Shown here: positions 42,351 to 53,391 of the stretch, piece by piece
Position numbering within the stretch: the stretch's first letter is position 1
Layout of the letters: every line of letters begins with the position of its first letter
DNA from: Octopus sinensis
Lineage: Eukaryota
Length of the DNA: 64,000 bases
Assembly (NCBI RefSeq): GCF_006345805.1
Contig: NC_042999.1
Span: 13,020,001 to 13,084,000 of the forward strand
Direction of reading: 5' to 3'
Made by a program: the position numbers and the translations under genes
The notes under the pieces: model-generated
Seen by the model: only the letters and a program-made list of their open reading frames with translations
Databases searched by the model: none
What the model was told of the DNA's origin: nothing

Positions 42351-42721
42351 ATAAGACAGTAAGGTGTGATTTGAGGGAGATTTGGCTGCTATTTCTACCA
42401 TGTCTAGCTGCCATGTAGGGGTCTCCCTCATAGGCTCATACATACATATATACATAGATAAGACAGTAAGGTGTGATTTGGGGAAATTGGCTGCTATTTC
42501 TACCAGGTCTAGCTGCCATGTAGGGGTCTCCCTCATAGGCTCATACATACATATATACATAGATAAGACAGTAAGGTGTGATTTGAGGGAGATTTGGCTG
42601 CTATTTCTACCAGGTCTAGCTACCATGTAGAGGTCCCCCTCATTGGCTCATATATATATACATACATAAGACAGTAAGGTGTGATTTGAGGGAGATTTCG
42701 CTGCTGTTTCTACCAGGTCTG
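42351..42721. repeat. Tandem repeat, ~105-bp unit, ~3.6 copies
   Basis: ataagacagtaaggtgtgatttg anchors at 42351, 42458, 42563 and 42666. Confidence 0.95.
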
Positions 42722-42789
42722 TTAGGCCTTCTCATGTAAACTCAAGCTTTCTCATGCCTTGAACATAAGACCAAAGCAGAGAATGTATT

Positions 42790-42990
42790 CTTTTATTCTT
42801 CTGCTTTTTCCAGCCATTGGTCTGTGGCCATGATGGGGCAATGCCTTGAAGAATTGTAGTTTAATGAATCAACTCCAGTTTTATTTTTGTAAGCATTGTA
42901 CTTATTCTATCTGTTTCCTTTGTCAAACCACTAGGTGACAGGGATGTAAACAAACCAACATTCGTTGTCAAGCAGTGGTGGAGGACAATC
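42790..42990 (-). mobile_element. Diverged SINE 3' half
   Basis: Degenerate match to the SINE 3' region. Confidence 0.6.
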
Positions 42991-43075
42991 ACAAGCACAG
43001 ACACGCACACACACACATACATGCATACACATATACACACATACATACATATATATATATATGTATATATATATT

Positions 43076-43330
43076 GCAGTGTGGAAGGTGTTTGTAAGCC
43101 ATTTAAGAAACACACAAAAACCGTTACATTCACTTCAACATTTAAATTTAATTTGCCAAAATATTTTCGTCGCTTTGAGACCGCGACCTGTTCACTGACA
43201 AAAATATCGTGCTAACAGGTCGCGGTCTCAAAGCGACGAAAATATTTTGACAAATTAAATTTAAATGTTGAAGTGAATCTAACGGTTTTTGTGTGTTTCT
43301 TAAATGGCTTATAAACACCTTCAACGCTGC
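43076..43330. mobile_element. Fold-back element with ~117-bp arms
   Basis: Arms are reverse complements with a ~21-bp spacer; a single-arm relative lies at 52895-53050. Confidence 0.9.
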
Positions 43331-43493
43331 AACTGTTTTCGTTCCAGCACACAATCTCAGATCAAGTCACTTGCTATGCAAGTACATCTCTGTAACTATA
43401 TATATATTTATATATATATATATATGTATATTGGTAAAACAGTAAGATAACAAAAGAAAGAAAGAGACCTCAATATTATGTAAATAGAGGAAA

Positions 43494-43888
43494 TCTTTAT
43501 ATATAAAAGTGAGGTTGTGTGTCTGTCTCCTACGATTTAGATTCCTAACTACTCCCACATTTTGCGGTGCAGTTTAACCAAAACCGGATATCTTATAGTC
43601 GTGATTCATATCGAGACCGTCTGGGTATTAGCGCGCGTCTACGATGAGTCTACGATTTAAAAAAAAATTTATCATCAATTTTTCCCATTTTTAATCCATT
43701 TTTGACATATATAAGGGAAGTAACTCTCTAAAATTTATTATTAAATCTCAGAACGTAAAAAGCTACAGTAACACCCCTCCCCCTTTGTGGTTAGCCATAT
43801 TGAGATGGCTATTATACTTTACATCTCTAAAAATGCTTATATAATTATTTCCCTTACAAACCCGAGCAACGCCGGGCGATACTGCTAG
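43494..43888 (+). mobile_element. Non-autonomous Helitron
   Basis: A|TC 5' end, 3' hairpin CCCG-AGCAACGC-CGGG, terminal CTAG|T. Confidence 0.9.
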
Positions 43889-44125
43889 TACGATATATAC
43901 TTGTATAGCACGTCCCCGATTCGCGCGTGCGCAACCGGGGACGTGCGATACAAGTATATATCGTATATATACAAGTATATATCGTATACAAGTATATATC
44001 GATACAAGTATATATCGTATATATCGTGCATGCGCCAGTCAGCTCGTTGGATCGGCTGCCTCCGTCTGGCTAACGCGCACGCGCGTTTGCACGTGTGCGC
44101 AAATCGGGACCACTCTACGATACTA
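43889..44125. repeat. CpG-rich hairpin element abutting the Helitron 3' end
   Basis: 30-bp arms at 43889-43918 and 43936-43965 (one mismatch), followed by tandem TACAAGTATATATCG units. Confidence 0.7.
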
Positions 44126-44519
44126 GTACCCCTTTTTATATTCTAAATAATTTGCAATTTCAGAAAATATATTAACTTTGCGTTTTTTTTAATTTGATAA
44201 ATTCTACGGAAACAAACGAAGGTGCACGAGTGACGTCACACTTGTTTTACTTTCCTCCTGACAACTAATCTTCCTGGAAAGTTCTGGAATCTTCTCCTCC
44301 ATTTGGAACTTTGATTTCTCTTCAATCTGGAAATATTTGTCTTGTTTTTTCACTGAAAATTGTTTATAAGTTAGTGCTTTTATGAATACATATTACTTAA
44401 AATGAATTTCGACGAGTAACGTTTGTAAACAAACAATTTTCTGTATATGAGAGAAAAGAATGTCGACTGCCGTGAAAATATCCAAAAGTTAGTTTTTGTT
44501 TATATATTTATATATATAT

Positions 44520-45261
44520 ATATATGTATACATTATCTAGGTGGGACGAGGTGGTGAAGCACGACCTTCGAACGTTAGGTCTCACCATGGAAATGACTAG
44601 AGACCGAGACCTATGGAAGTATGCTGTGCGTGAGAAGACCCGGCAAGACTAGTGAAGCCATAACTCGTGGCCCCTACCTGGGACGTAGTCAGTCCACCTG
44701 TGCATACCTTCCTTCTTGTGACACTTGTGAAGACCTGTTGAGGCAAGTGAAAATCAAATCAAATCAAACCAAATCAAAATAGATGAACATCAACGGAATT
44801 TGTATCCTTGTGGTACCAGTGTCGGTGGCACATAAGAAAACCATCCGAATGTGACCGTAGCCAGTACCGCATCGACTGGCCTCCGTGCTGAGGGCACGTA
44901 ACAAACACCATCCGAGCGTGGGCGTTCGCCAGCCTCGTCTGGCACCTGTGTCGGTGGCACATAAGAAAACACCATCCGAGCGTGGGCGTCTGCCAGCCTC
45001 GTCTGGCACCTGTGTCGGTGGCACATAAAAAAAAACACCATCCGAGTGTGACCGTCTGCCAGCCTTGTCTGGCACCTGTGTCGGTGGCACATAAAATCAC
45101 CCACTACACTCTCGGATTGGTTGGCGTTAGGAAGGGCATCCAGCTGTAGAAACACTGCCAGATCTGACTGGCCTGGTGCAGCCTTCGAGCTTGCCAGACC
45201 CCAGTTGAACCGTCCAACCCATGCTAGCATGGAAAGCGGACGTTAAACGATGATGATGATG
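44520..45261 (+). mobile_element. RTE LINE 3' end with ~65-bp tandem repeats in the UTR
   Basis: WDEVVKHDLRTLGL C-terminus, ccatccga anchors at 44841, 44908, 44972 and 45038, and a (GAT)n tail. Confidence 0.9.
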
Positions 45262-45533
45262 TATACATATATATATTTTGGCTGCTATTTCTAAAAATTT
45301 CAGTATGTGGCAAAGTAAATTACTTTACTGAGCCCTAATTATATAACGTAATATATTGAATATGCCTTGAATGGTCCTTTTACATACTGAACACTACTTG
45401 GTGAAATTAATTAATTAATAATTAATTGATTTTACCCTTAATCATTGATTATACATATATATGTATACATATATATATATGTATACATATATATATGTAT
45501 ACACACACACACACACTCACACACACACACACA

Positions 45534-45620
<87 letters not shown>

Positions 45621-45659
45621 TATATATATATATTATATAATATATATATATATAATTTT

Positions 45660-45960
45660 AATCCAACGGGAAACAGACAAAAAACAACACACGTGGAACA
45701 ATTACAGTATTATTATTATAGGCGCTCAGGAAATAGGAAGCAGGAAGGTATGACGTTTCGAGCGGAGCTCTTCGTCGGAAACATAAAGAAGGAAGAGAGA
45801 GGAAAGAAAGATCCCAAGTGGGCAACAAAGGGAGAAAAAAAAAAACGACTGGTGGTTTACGAAGTACACATGGTGAAAGGCGGAAGTTTACGATAACAAG
45901 AGCAAAGTAGGTTTTTAAACCCAAAAGTGTGGAGACAGGGTTGGTAACGGACACCAGATG
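45660..45960 (-). mobile_element. Probable Penelope-like element terminus containing a hammerhead-like motif
   Basis: Minus strand CCGACGA-A-GAGC-TCC-GCTC-GAAAC-GTC at 45778-45752, an arrangement typical of Penelope pLTR hammerheads. Confidence 0.5.
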
Positions 45961-46489
45961 TGTGTGTGTATGTGTGAGTGTGTGCGTGTGCGTGTGGTGA
46001 GTGGCGATAAAAAAAAACAAAAATATATGTATATGTTAGTGTGTGTGCGTCTGGTGTGTAGGCGTGTGAGGTAGGGCGAACGGTAGTAGGCAGCAGACAG
46101 TAGTCAGTAGTAAGAAAATGAAGGAAGGAGGAAGGGAGGGAGGGGAAGGGGTGGGGTCGTTGTAACGTGCCAGTAGTAGTGTGTGTGTGTCCAGTGTTGT
46201 AGTTGTATTAATGGCGAGTAGATTTGAAGTGTGTGTAAGAGTAATGTATATATTTAAGCAATGTGTGTGTGTGAGTGGGTGTATGTATGTGTGCGCGTGT
46301 GTGTAACAAAAAAGGGGGGGGGTTATAAGGAAAAAGGACTCCAGCTGAGGGGAAGATGGAAGAGTGGTCCCGCAGAGACGGGCGTGGGAGAACCCAACGA
46401 CAAGTGACGGCCCCAGGAACGAGCGGGAGGTCTCGTCGGGTCCAAGAGCGAGGTGCATGCATGCGCGAACCGGCGCAAGCGCGTGTGTG

Positions 46490-48560
46490 CGCGCGCCTGC
46501 GAGTGTGTGCGTAAGTATGTATGTGTGTGGATGTGTGAGTGTGTCTGTGTGTATGTCTGGGTGTCAGTGTGTCCGATGAATGTATGTAAGTATGTGTGTA
46601 TATATGTGTGTGCATAGATGTATGTCCGTGTGTGTGTGTGTGTGTATGTGCATGAGTGTGTATGTATGTACGTGTGGGTGTGTGGAAGTGTGTGTATGTG
46701 CATGTGTGTGCGCGTACATACAGGTGTGTGAGTGAGTGTGTGTGTGTATGTATGTGTGAGTGTGTATGTATGTGTGTGTAGGATGCATGTATGTGTATGG
46801 GTGTATGTATGTGTGTGTGTATGTGTACGTGCGTGTGTGTGTGTGTGTATGCATGTATGCGTGTAGGTGTGCGCGTGTGCATGCATGTGCGTATGTGTGT
46901 GTGTGTGCATGTATGTGGGTATATATGTATGTGCGTATATGTGTGTGTATGTGCGTACATGTGTGTGTGTGTATGCATGTGTGTGTATGTAGGCGTGTGT
47001 GTATAGGTGTATGTATGTAAGTATGTATGGGTGTGTCCGTGTATGTGTGTGTATGTATGTGTGTGTATGTATGTGTGTGTATGTAGGTGTGTGGGCGTGT
47101 GTGTATAGGTGTATGTATGTCTGGGTGTGTCCGTGCATGTTTGTGTGTGTGTGTGTATGCATGTGTATGTAGGTGTGTGTGTACGTGTGTAATGTATGTG
47201 TGTATGCGTGTGTGTGCGTGTGTATGCGTGCGTGTGTGTATGTAGGTGCGTATGTATGTGTGTGGGAGTGTAGGTGTGTGTGTGCGTGTGCGTGTTTATG
47301 TTGGTGTGTGCGTATGTGAGTGTGAGTGTATGGGTGTTTGTCATGCATGTGTGTGCGCGTGCAGGCGAGTGTGTGTGTAAGTATGTTTGTGTGAGTGTGT
47401 ATGTGTGTATGTCTGTGTGTGTGTATGTGTATGGGTGTATGTATGTATGTGTGTGTATGTAGGCGTGTGTGTATAGGTGTATGTATGTCTGGGTGTCAGT
47501 GTGTCCGATGAATGTATGTAAGTATGTATGGGTGTGTGTCTGTGTGTGTTTGTGTGTGTGTGTGTTTATGTATGTGTATATGTATGTGTGTGTAGATGTA
47601 TGTATGTATGGGTGTGTGTCTGTGTGTGTTTGTGTGTGTGTGTAGGTAGGTGTGTGTGTCTGAGTGAGGGTATGGCTGTGTAGGTGCGTGTGTGTATGAA
47701 TGTAAGTGTGTGTGTGTACAAGTGTAATGTATGTATGTAGGTGTGTGTGTGTGTATGTGTACGTGTGCGTGTGTATGTGTGTGTGTATGCGTGTGAGTGT
47801 GAGTGTATGGGTGTATGTCTGTGTGTGTGTATGTCTGAAGTAGGTATATGTGTGTGTGTGCGGGTATGTGTGTGTGTGTGTGTATGTGTGTGTGTGAGTA
47901 GGTGTGCGTGTATGTATGTGGGTAGGGATGCATGCGAGTGTGTGGGTATGTATGTATTCATATGCACGCACACACCCGAAGCAAGCCCCCACACACGAAG
48001 CGCGCTCACGCACACAACACACAAGCAATACAACGCAAGCCCAAGGGGCCGACCAAGCCCCCAGCGCGCGCCAAGGCGCGCGAGCGCAAAGGCCCTCGAA
48101 CGACCCGCTACGCGGGAACCGAGGATCCATCAGCCAAAACCGGAAAGCAGAAAAGAGGGGGGGGGGCTGCCTGGATGCAAAAAGGTGTATGTGTGTGTGC
48201 ATTCAGTGTAAGGGTGTGCATGTGTGGGTATGTATGTATGTGTGTGTGCCTACATGTATGTGTGCATGTGTGTGTGTGTGAAGTATGTACGTGCGGTGTG
48301 TGTGTGTGTGTGTATGTATGTATGTGCGTATGTATGTGTGTATGTATGTCTGTGAGTGTGTGTGTGTGTGTAAGTATGTATGTGTGTGTGTATGTATGTA
48401 TGTGTGTGTGTATGTGCATGTTGGTTTGTATGTTAGTGTGTGCATGTATGTCTATAAGTGTGTGTGATTAAATGTGTGAATGTATGTACGTAGATGTGTC
48501 TACGTATGTGTGTGTGTGAACAGGCGTGTGGGAGGTAGGTAGGTGTGTGGTGTATCCGGG
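46490..48560. repeat. Compound (GT)/(ATGT) microsatellite tract
   Basis: The H/T-rich and V/C-rich ORFs, including the 664-aa one, are repeat artefacts. Confidence 0.9.
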
Positions 48561-48581
48561 AACCAAAAAAAAAAAAAAAAA

Positions 48582-48801
48582 AGCTAGAAAGGGTGGTCAT
48601 CGTAGCAACTGAAGGCATGTCTGAAAGGGCCACTATGAACATCAGTGGCCCCAAGACAGTGCTCTGTGGGACACCGCTTGTTATTTGCGTTTCCTTGGAG
48701 GTGGCTCCATTGCTTACAACTGCCTGTTTTCTGTCTTTTAGGAAGTTGTGCAGCCACTCTCCAAGTCTTCCGCCTATGCCGAGACCACGCAGTTTGTGAT
48801 G
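48582..48801 (-). mobile_element. CR1-type RT fragment
   Basis: LRGLGIGGRLGEWLHNFLKDRKQAV...SGVPQSTVLGPLMF. Confidence 0.85.
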
Positions 48802-48806
48802 TATAC

Positions 48807-48855
<49 letters not shown>

Positions 48856-49712
48856 TGAAGTCAGAAGAAGAATAGACATACCAGCTAGCAAATACGGAAC
48901 TATAGCGGCTGAAGATTAGTCTCTGACTTTTCGCAAAGCATTGTGGGATTGTCGTTTCAATTTTAACAGCGGCAAGTTTGTAAAAAGTATGTGAATTCAA
49001 CTTCTGGACTTTGCTCTCTTCAACCTGGAAATATTTGTCTTGTTTTTTCACTGAAAATTGTTTGTAAGTTAGTGCTTTTATGAATACATATTGCTTTAAA
49101 TGGATTTCGATGAATAACATTTGAGAGAAATGAATATCGACTGCCGTCAAAAATATCCAAAAGTTAGTTTTTGTTTTTATTGATAACTCACAGAAAAAGA
49201 TTTGTCCTGCATCTAAAGAAGTCAACAGAAGAATTTCCAGTCATAAATTCTCGAAGTTGCTGTTTGTCCTCCACCGAAAAAGTAAGAATTTATTAATATT
49301 ATTGTTGAACCATTTATCTTCTTAAGTTTTGTGTCAATTATGATGTATAGGGATAAATATATTGATTCTTAAACAAGAGACCTCTTTCTACCACCTACCT
49401 TCACACGCACACACACCTTTAAAAATAAGTCTATTACTTCAAATGTTAATGGTTTCTGTTAAGGCTCAGCAATTTTTAAACGATTTCTTGACTAGAATTT
49501 GGTTTGTCAATTGTTAAAATAACTTTCAGTTCTTTAGACGTTCACATGATTAACAAGGCTAACGTGGGGTGGATAGAAATAGCAGTCAAATTACTCTCAG
49601 ATCCATACAAGATCATGCAATTGTTCAGTCTTGGAGCCCAATAACAAATCAACTTAGTTGTTTATGAAAGAAATCGATATTTAGAGAGTGAAAACGTGTT
49701 TTTCTCTCTTTT

Positions 49713-49980
49713 TTGCTGGAGCACCGATTTTGGTCGAGCAAATTGACCCCAGGACTTATTCTTTGTAAGCCTAGTACTTATTCTATCGGTCTCTATTGCC
49801 GTAAACAACGCGCACACACACACACACACATATATATATAAACGACGGGCTTCTTCAGTTTCCGTCTACCAAATCCACTCACAAGACTATAGTAGAAGAT
49901 ACTTGCCCAAGGTACCATGCAGTGGGATAGAACCCGGAACCATGTGGTTCGTAAGCAAGCTACTTACCACACAGCCACTC
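49713..49980 (-). mobile_element. tRNA-derived SINE, internally deleted
   Basis: Reverse complement match to 41428-41828. Confidence 0.85.
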
Positions 49981-50144
49981 ATATATATACACATACACAC
50001 GACTGGTTTTATTCATTTTCCAGGAGGGTGGACTGCTAAAAAATGCAGTGAAATCTGGATATGCTAGAAACAGCAGTCAAATCTCTTATATGGAAATCTT
50101 CATGTGTATGTGTGAGTGTGCGTGTGTGCTAGTCACCCACCCCC

Positions 50145-50300
50145 ACATTCGCTTGACAACCGATGTCGGTGTGTTTATGTCGACGAAGCTGAGCGCCTTG
50201 GCAAAAAGTGACCGATGGAATAAGTACTAGGCTTACAAGGAATAAGTCCTGGGATCGATTTGTTTCGACTAAAGGCGGTGCTCCAGCATAGCCGCAGTCA
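50145..50300 (+). mobile_element. SINE 3' half
   Basis: Matches the SINE 3' region. Confidence 0.85.
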
Positions 50301-50639
50301 ACATGTGGGAAAAAAAGTCAAAACTGAAGAAGTTGGGGGGAAAGGCGGGGACAAAGTTTCACAATGCCGATTTTTGGCAATTTTCCGAAAACGGGGATTT
50401 TTGGCAGACACAATTACGAATTAATTTACACCGAGGAAATACGGAACTATGGCGGCTGAAAATTGGTGTCTGACTTTTCGCAAAGCATTGTGGGATTGTC
50501 GTCTGTATGATTTGAATGGCGCGAGATTCAGTTTTTTATTGAATATTGGTCCTGCAGAGTGAAAGAAGTAAGTAAGAAATTATTATTAGACTGGAGAATG
50601 ATACTCCACATCCCCATTAAGGACTTTTTCGTTTTCAAT

Positions 50640-50725
50640 GTACTCGAGTGTTGTTGTTTATGTTATTGTTGTGAAGTGTGGTTGCATGTTCGAAATGTAA
50701 TTAGATAAGTTGTCAACAGACATTC
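50640..50725 (+). repeat. Left copy of the 86-bp direct repeat flanking the Merlin element
   Basis: 85/86 identical to 52632-52717. Confidence 0.95.
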
Positions 50726-52631
50726 GGCACTGTCATGCCTTTGGGTGTCAGAAGTGAAAGTAGAGAAATCTGACGTCAGACGTCAACTTCGTGTATTTAC
50801 GTCGTCTTTCGTTTATTTACGCCGTTTATTTACGTATGAATAATGCAAGAATATATTTATTCTTGCATTATTCATTATTGTTTTTAAAAAAGAAATCACA
50901 CCAAAATCTGTACAAATGAACCCCCATGACCATCACCGCGATTACATACACCAATCAGAATGACCACTGACCACCACGTGCGTAATTCAAACTTTGAAAT
51001 TTATTCAGTTAGAAACTTTCAGTGTGATATCAACACGTGCTAAACAATTTTTAATATGGCTTTTGCATATCCAAGTTTAAGAGGAATTAGTCACCGCGAT
51101 ATTGCCGTCTCCACTGCTACAACAGCAGATAGCATTAATTGGCTTAAGAGACATGGCCTTTTGAATACCCAGAAAATATGTACATCGTGTGGAGCTACCA
51201 TGAGAGAAATAACGAAAAAAAGTATATCTGATGAAATAATATGGTCGTGTGGAAGACCTTGTAGAAAATCCGGGTCAATTAGAAAAGGAACATTTTTAGA
51301 AAATAGCAAATTGAAGTGTCAACAGATCATAGATATTTTGTTTTACTGGGCCAAAGAAGATTTAGCAAAAGGAATAGGACAGGAATGTCATTTAGCAAAT
51401 GTAGCGGTAACCGATTGGAGGAATTTTTGCTGCGATGTATGTGCAGAATATTATGTTGCACAGAATATTAAACTGGGAGGACCCAATAGAATCGTTGAAA
51501 TAGATGAAACTGCGTTTGTTAAGAGAAAATATCATGTTGGCCATCGGGTTAAAACGCAATGGGTGTTTGGTGCATTAGAAAGAGATAGTAGAAGATGTAT
51601 TTTAGTGGCAGTTGAAAATCGAACAGCGGACACTCTATTACAGATTATACGCGAGCGTATATTGCCTGGTACAACAATAATATCCGACCTTTGGCGTTCG
51701 TATAATACACTCAGTCAGCTAGGATACAGACATTTGACCGTGAATCATTCTATAAATTTTGTTGATCCGGTAACATTTGCCACAACCAACCACATAGAAT
51801 GTTTATGGAAACACGTAAAGACTCGAAATAGGAGAGAATGTGGAACAGCCAGAAATTTACTTCAGACCCATCTCATCGAATTCATGTGGCGCTATGAATT
51901 TAAGGATGATATATTCGGGAAGTTGATAGAACAAATTCGACAGCTATATCCATGTATTTGAGCATAAGTATCAAGACAGAATGAGTATCGCATTTATTTT
52001 TAAACTTAACTTCAAGTTTATATTTTGATAATCTCACCGTTGAAAATGATATTTGAAAATAATTTGCGTTTATTAATTTGATATATTTGATTTTTACATT
52101 CTAAATAATTTGCGTTTATTAATTTGATATATTTGATTTTTACATTCTAAATTCATTTTTCGAAAACTTCATGTAAAAAATAAGAGAAATGCTATTGATA
52201 TTTAAAATGTATGAATTTTTTTCTGAAAAATGTACACACGTACACATTTTATATCTATTATATGTGTGTGTGTGTATCTATCTATCTGTATGTATGTATA
52301 TAATGTATAGTGGTTAAGAAAAAAGACCGATAGAATAAGTTCTGGGGTCGATTTGTGCGACTAAAGGCGGTAAAAATACATGTATATATTATATATATGT
52401 TTGTATTAAATATATATATATATATGTATATATACATGTATATTATATATATGTGTGTATGTATGTATATATATACATACATACATACATACATACAAGC
52501 TTTTACTTGCATTTCAGTGGTACGTAAATAAACGGCGTAAATAAACGAAAGACGACGTAAATACACGAAGTTGACGTCTGACGTCAGATTTCTCTACTTT
52601 CACTTCTGACACCCAAAGGCATGACAGTGCC
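50726..52631 (+). mobile_element. Merlin (IS1595-related) DNA transposon with perfect 111-bp TIRs
   Basis: 50726-50836 is the exact reverse complement of 52521-52631; termini GGCACTG; encodes an intact transposase. Confidence 0.92.
51056..51961 (+). CDS. Merlin/ISXO2-like DDE transposase, 301 aa, uninterrupted
   Basis: N-terminal Cys-rich region (CTSC...WSCGRPC) and motifs VEIDET, WVFG, IISD, VNHS and TNHIE. Confidence 0.9.
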   Translation: MAFAYPSLRGISHRDIAVSTATTADSINWLKRHGLLNTQKICTSCGATMREITKKSISDEIIWSCGRPCRKSGSIRKGTFLENSKLKCQQIIDILFYWAKEDLAKGIGQECHLANVAVTDWRNFCCDVCAEYYVAQNIKLGGPNRIVEIDETAFVKRKYHVGHRVKTQWVFGALERDSRRCILVAVENRTADTLLQIIRERILPGTTIISDLWRSYNTLSQLGYRHLTVNHSINFVDPVTFATTNHIECLWKHVKTRNRRECGTARNLLQTHLIEFMWRYEFKDDIFGKLIEQIRQLYPCI

Positions 52632-52717
52632 GTACTCGAGTGTTGTTGTTTCTGTTATTGTTGTGAAGTGTGGTTGCATGTTCGAAATGTAATTAGATAA
52701 GTTGTCAACAGACATTC
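52632..52717 (+). repeat. Right copy of the 86-bp direct repeat flanking the Merlin element
   Basis: 85/86 identical to 50640-50725. Confidence 0.95.
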
Positions 52718-52894
52718 TAACTGATTTGTCAGTCGAGAAGCATACAATCTCTGTATTTTTTAATTTGTTATGGCCTTTCTTAGTTTTGGTGTCAAGATCA
52801 CGGGTCTTATTTTTTGTTCGTTTTTGTTTATGCCTTTGGGTGTAATTAGAGAAAGCTGACAGGAGTTTGGATTTAGTAAGGGTAAACTTTGCTG

Positions 52895-53050
52895 TACTGG
52901 AACGAAAACAATTGCAGCATGGAAGGTGTTTATAAGCCATTTAAGAAACACACAAAAACCGTTAGATTCACTTTAATATTTAAATTTAATTTGTCAAAAT
53001 TTTTCGTTGTTTTGAGACTGCGACTTCACTGACAAAATTCCGTGCTGCAT
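52895..53050 (+). mobile_element. Single-arm copy of the 43076-43330 fold-back family
   Basis: ggaaggtgtttataagccatttaagaaacacacaaaaaccg...cactgacaaaa. Confidence 0.8.
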
Positions 53051-53312
53051 CTGAGAAAGTAACAGTTAGTTCATGATATATATGTACGTACGTATGTATG
53101 TATGTATATGTGTACATGTATGTGCGCATGCCTATACGCATGTATGTATGTACTTATGTACTTGTGAGTATTTAGGAGAAATAGACGTGTCTGTGTGTGT
53201 ACATGTGTATGTACTTGCGAACGTATGTTTATGTAATATGTGTCAGTTCAATTTGTATACTTGACTGTTACCTTGCCACTCGCTATGCAAGTACATCTCT
53301 TTCTCTCTCTCT

Positions 53313-53391
<79 letters not shown>

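Noticed and set aside
46320-48190. GC-rich islands at about 46320-46500 and about 47970-48190 inside the GT tract
   Set aside because: No second copy, ORF or structure could be recognised. They resemble noisy consensus in a hard-to-sequence repeat and need read inspection.
46208-48202. 664-aa His/Thr-rich ORF and overlapping Val/Cys-rich ORFs
   Set aside because: Translation of a (GT)/(ATGT) microsatellite, which is stop-poor by composition.
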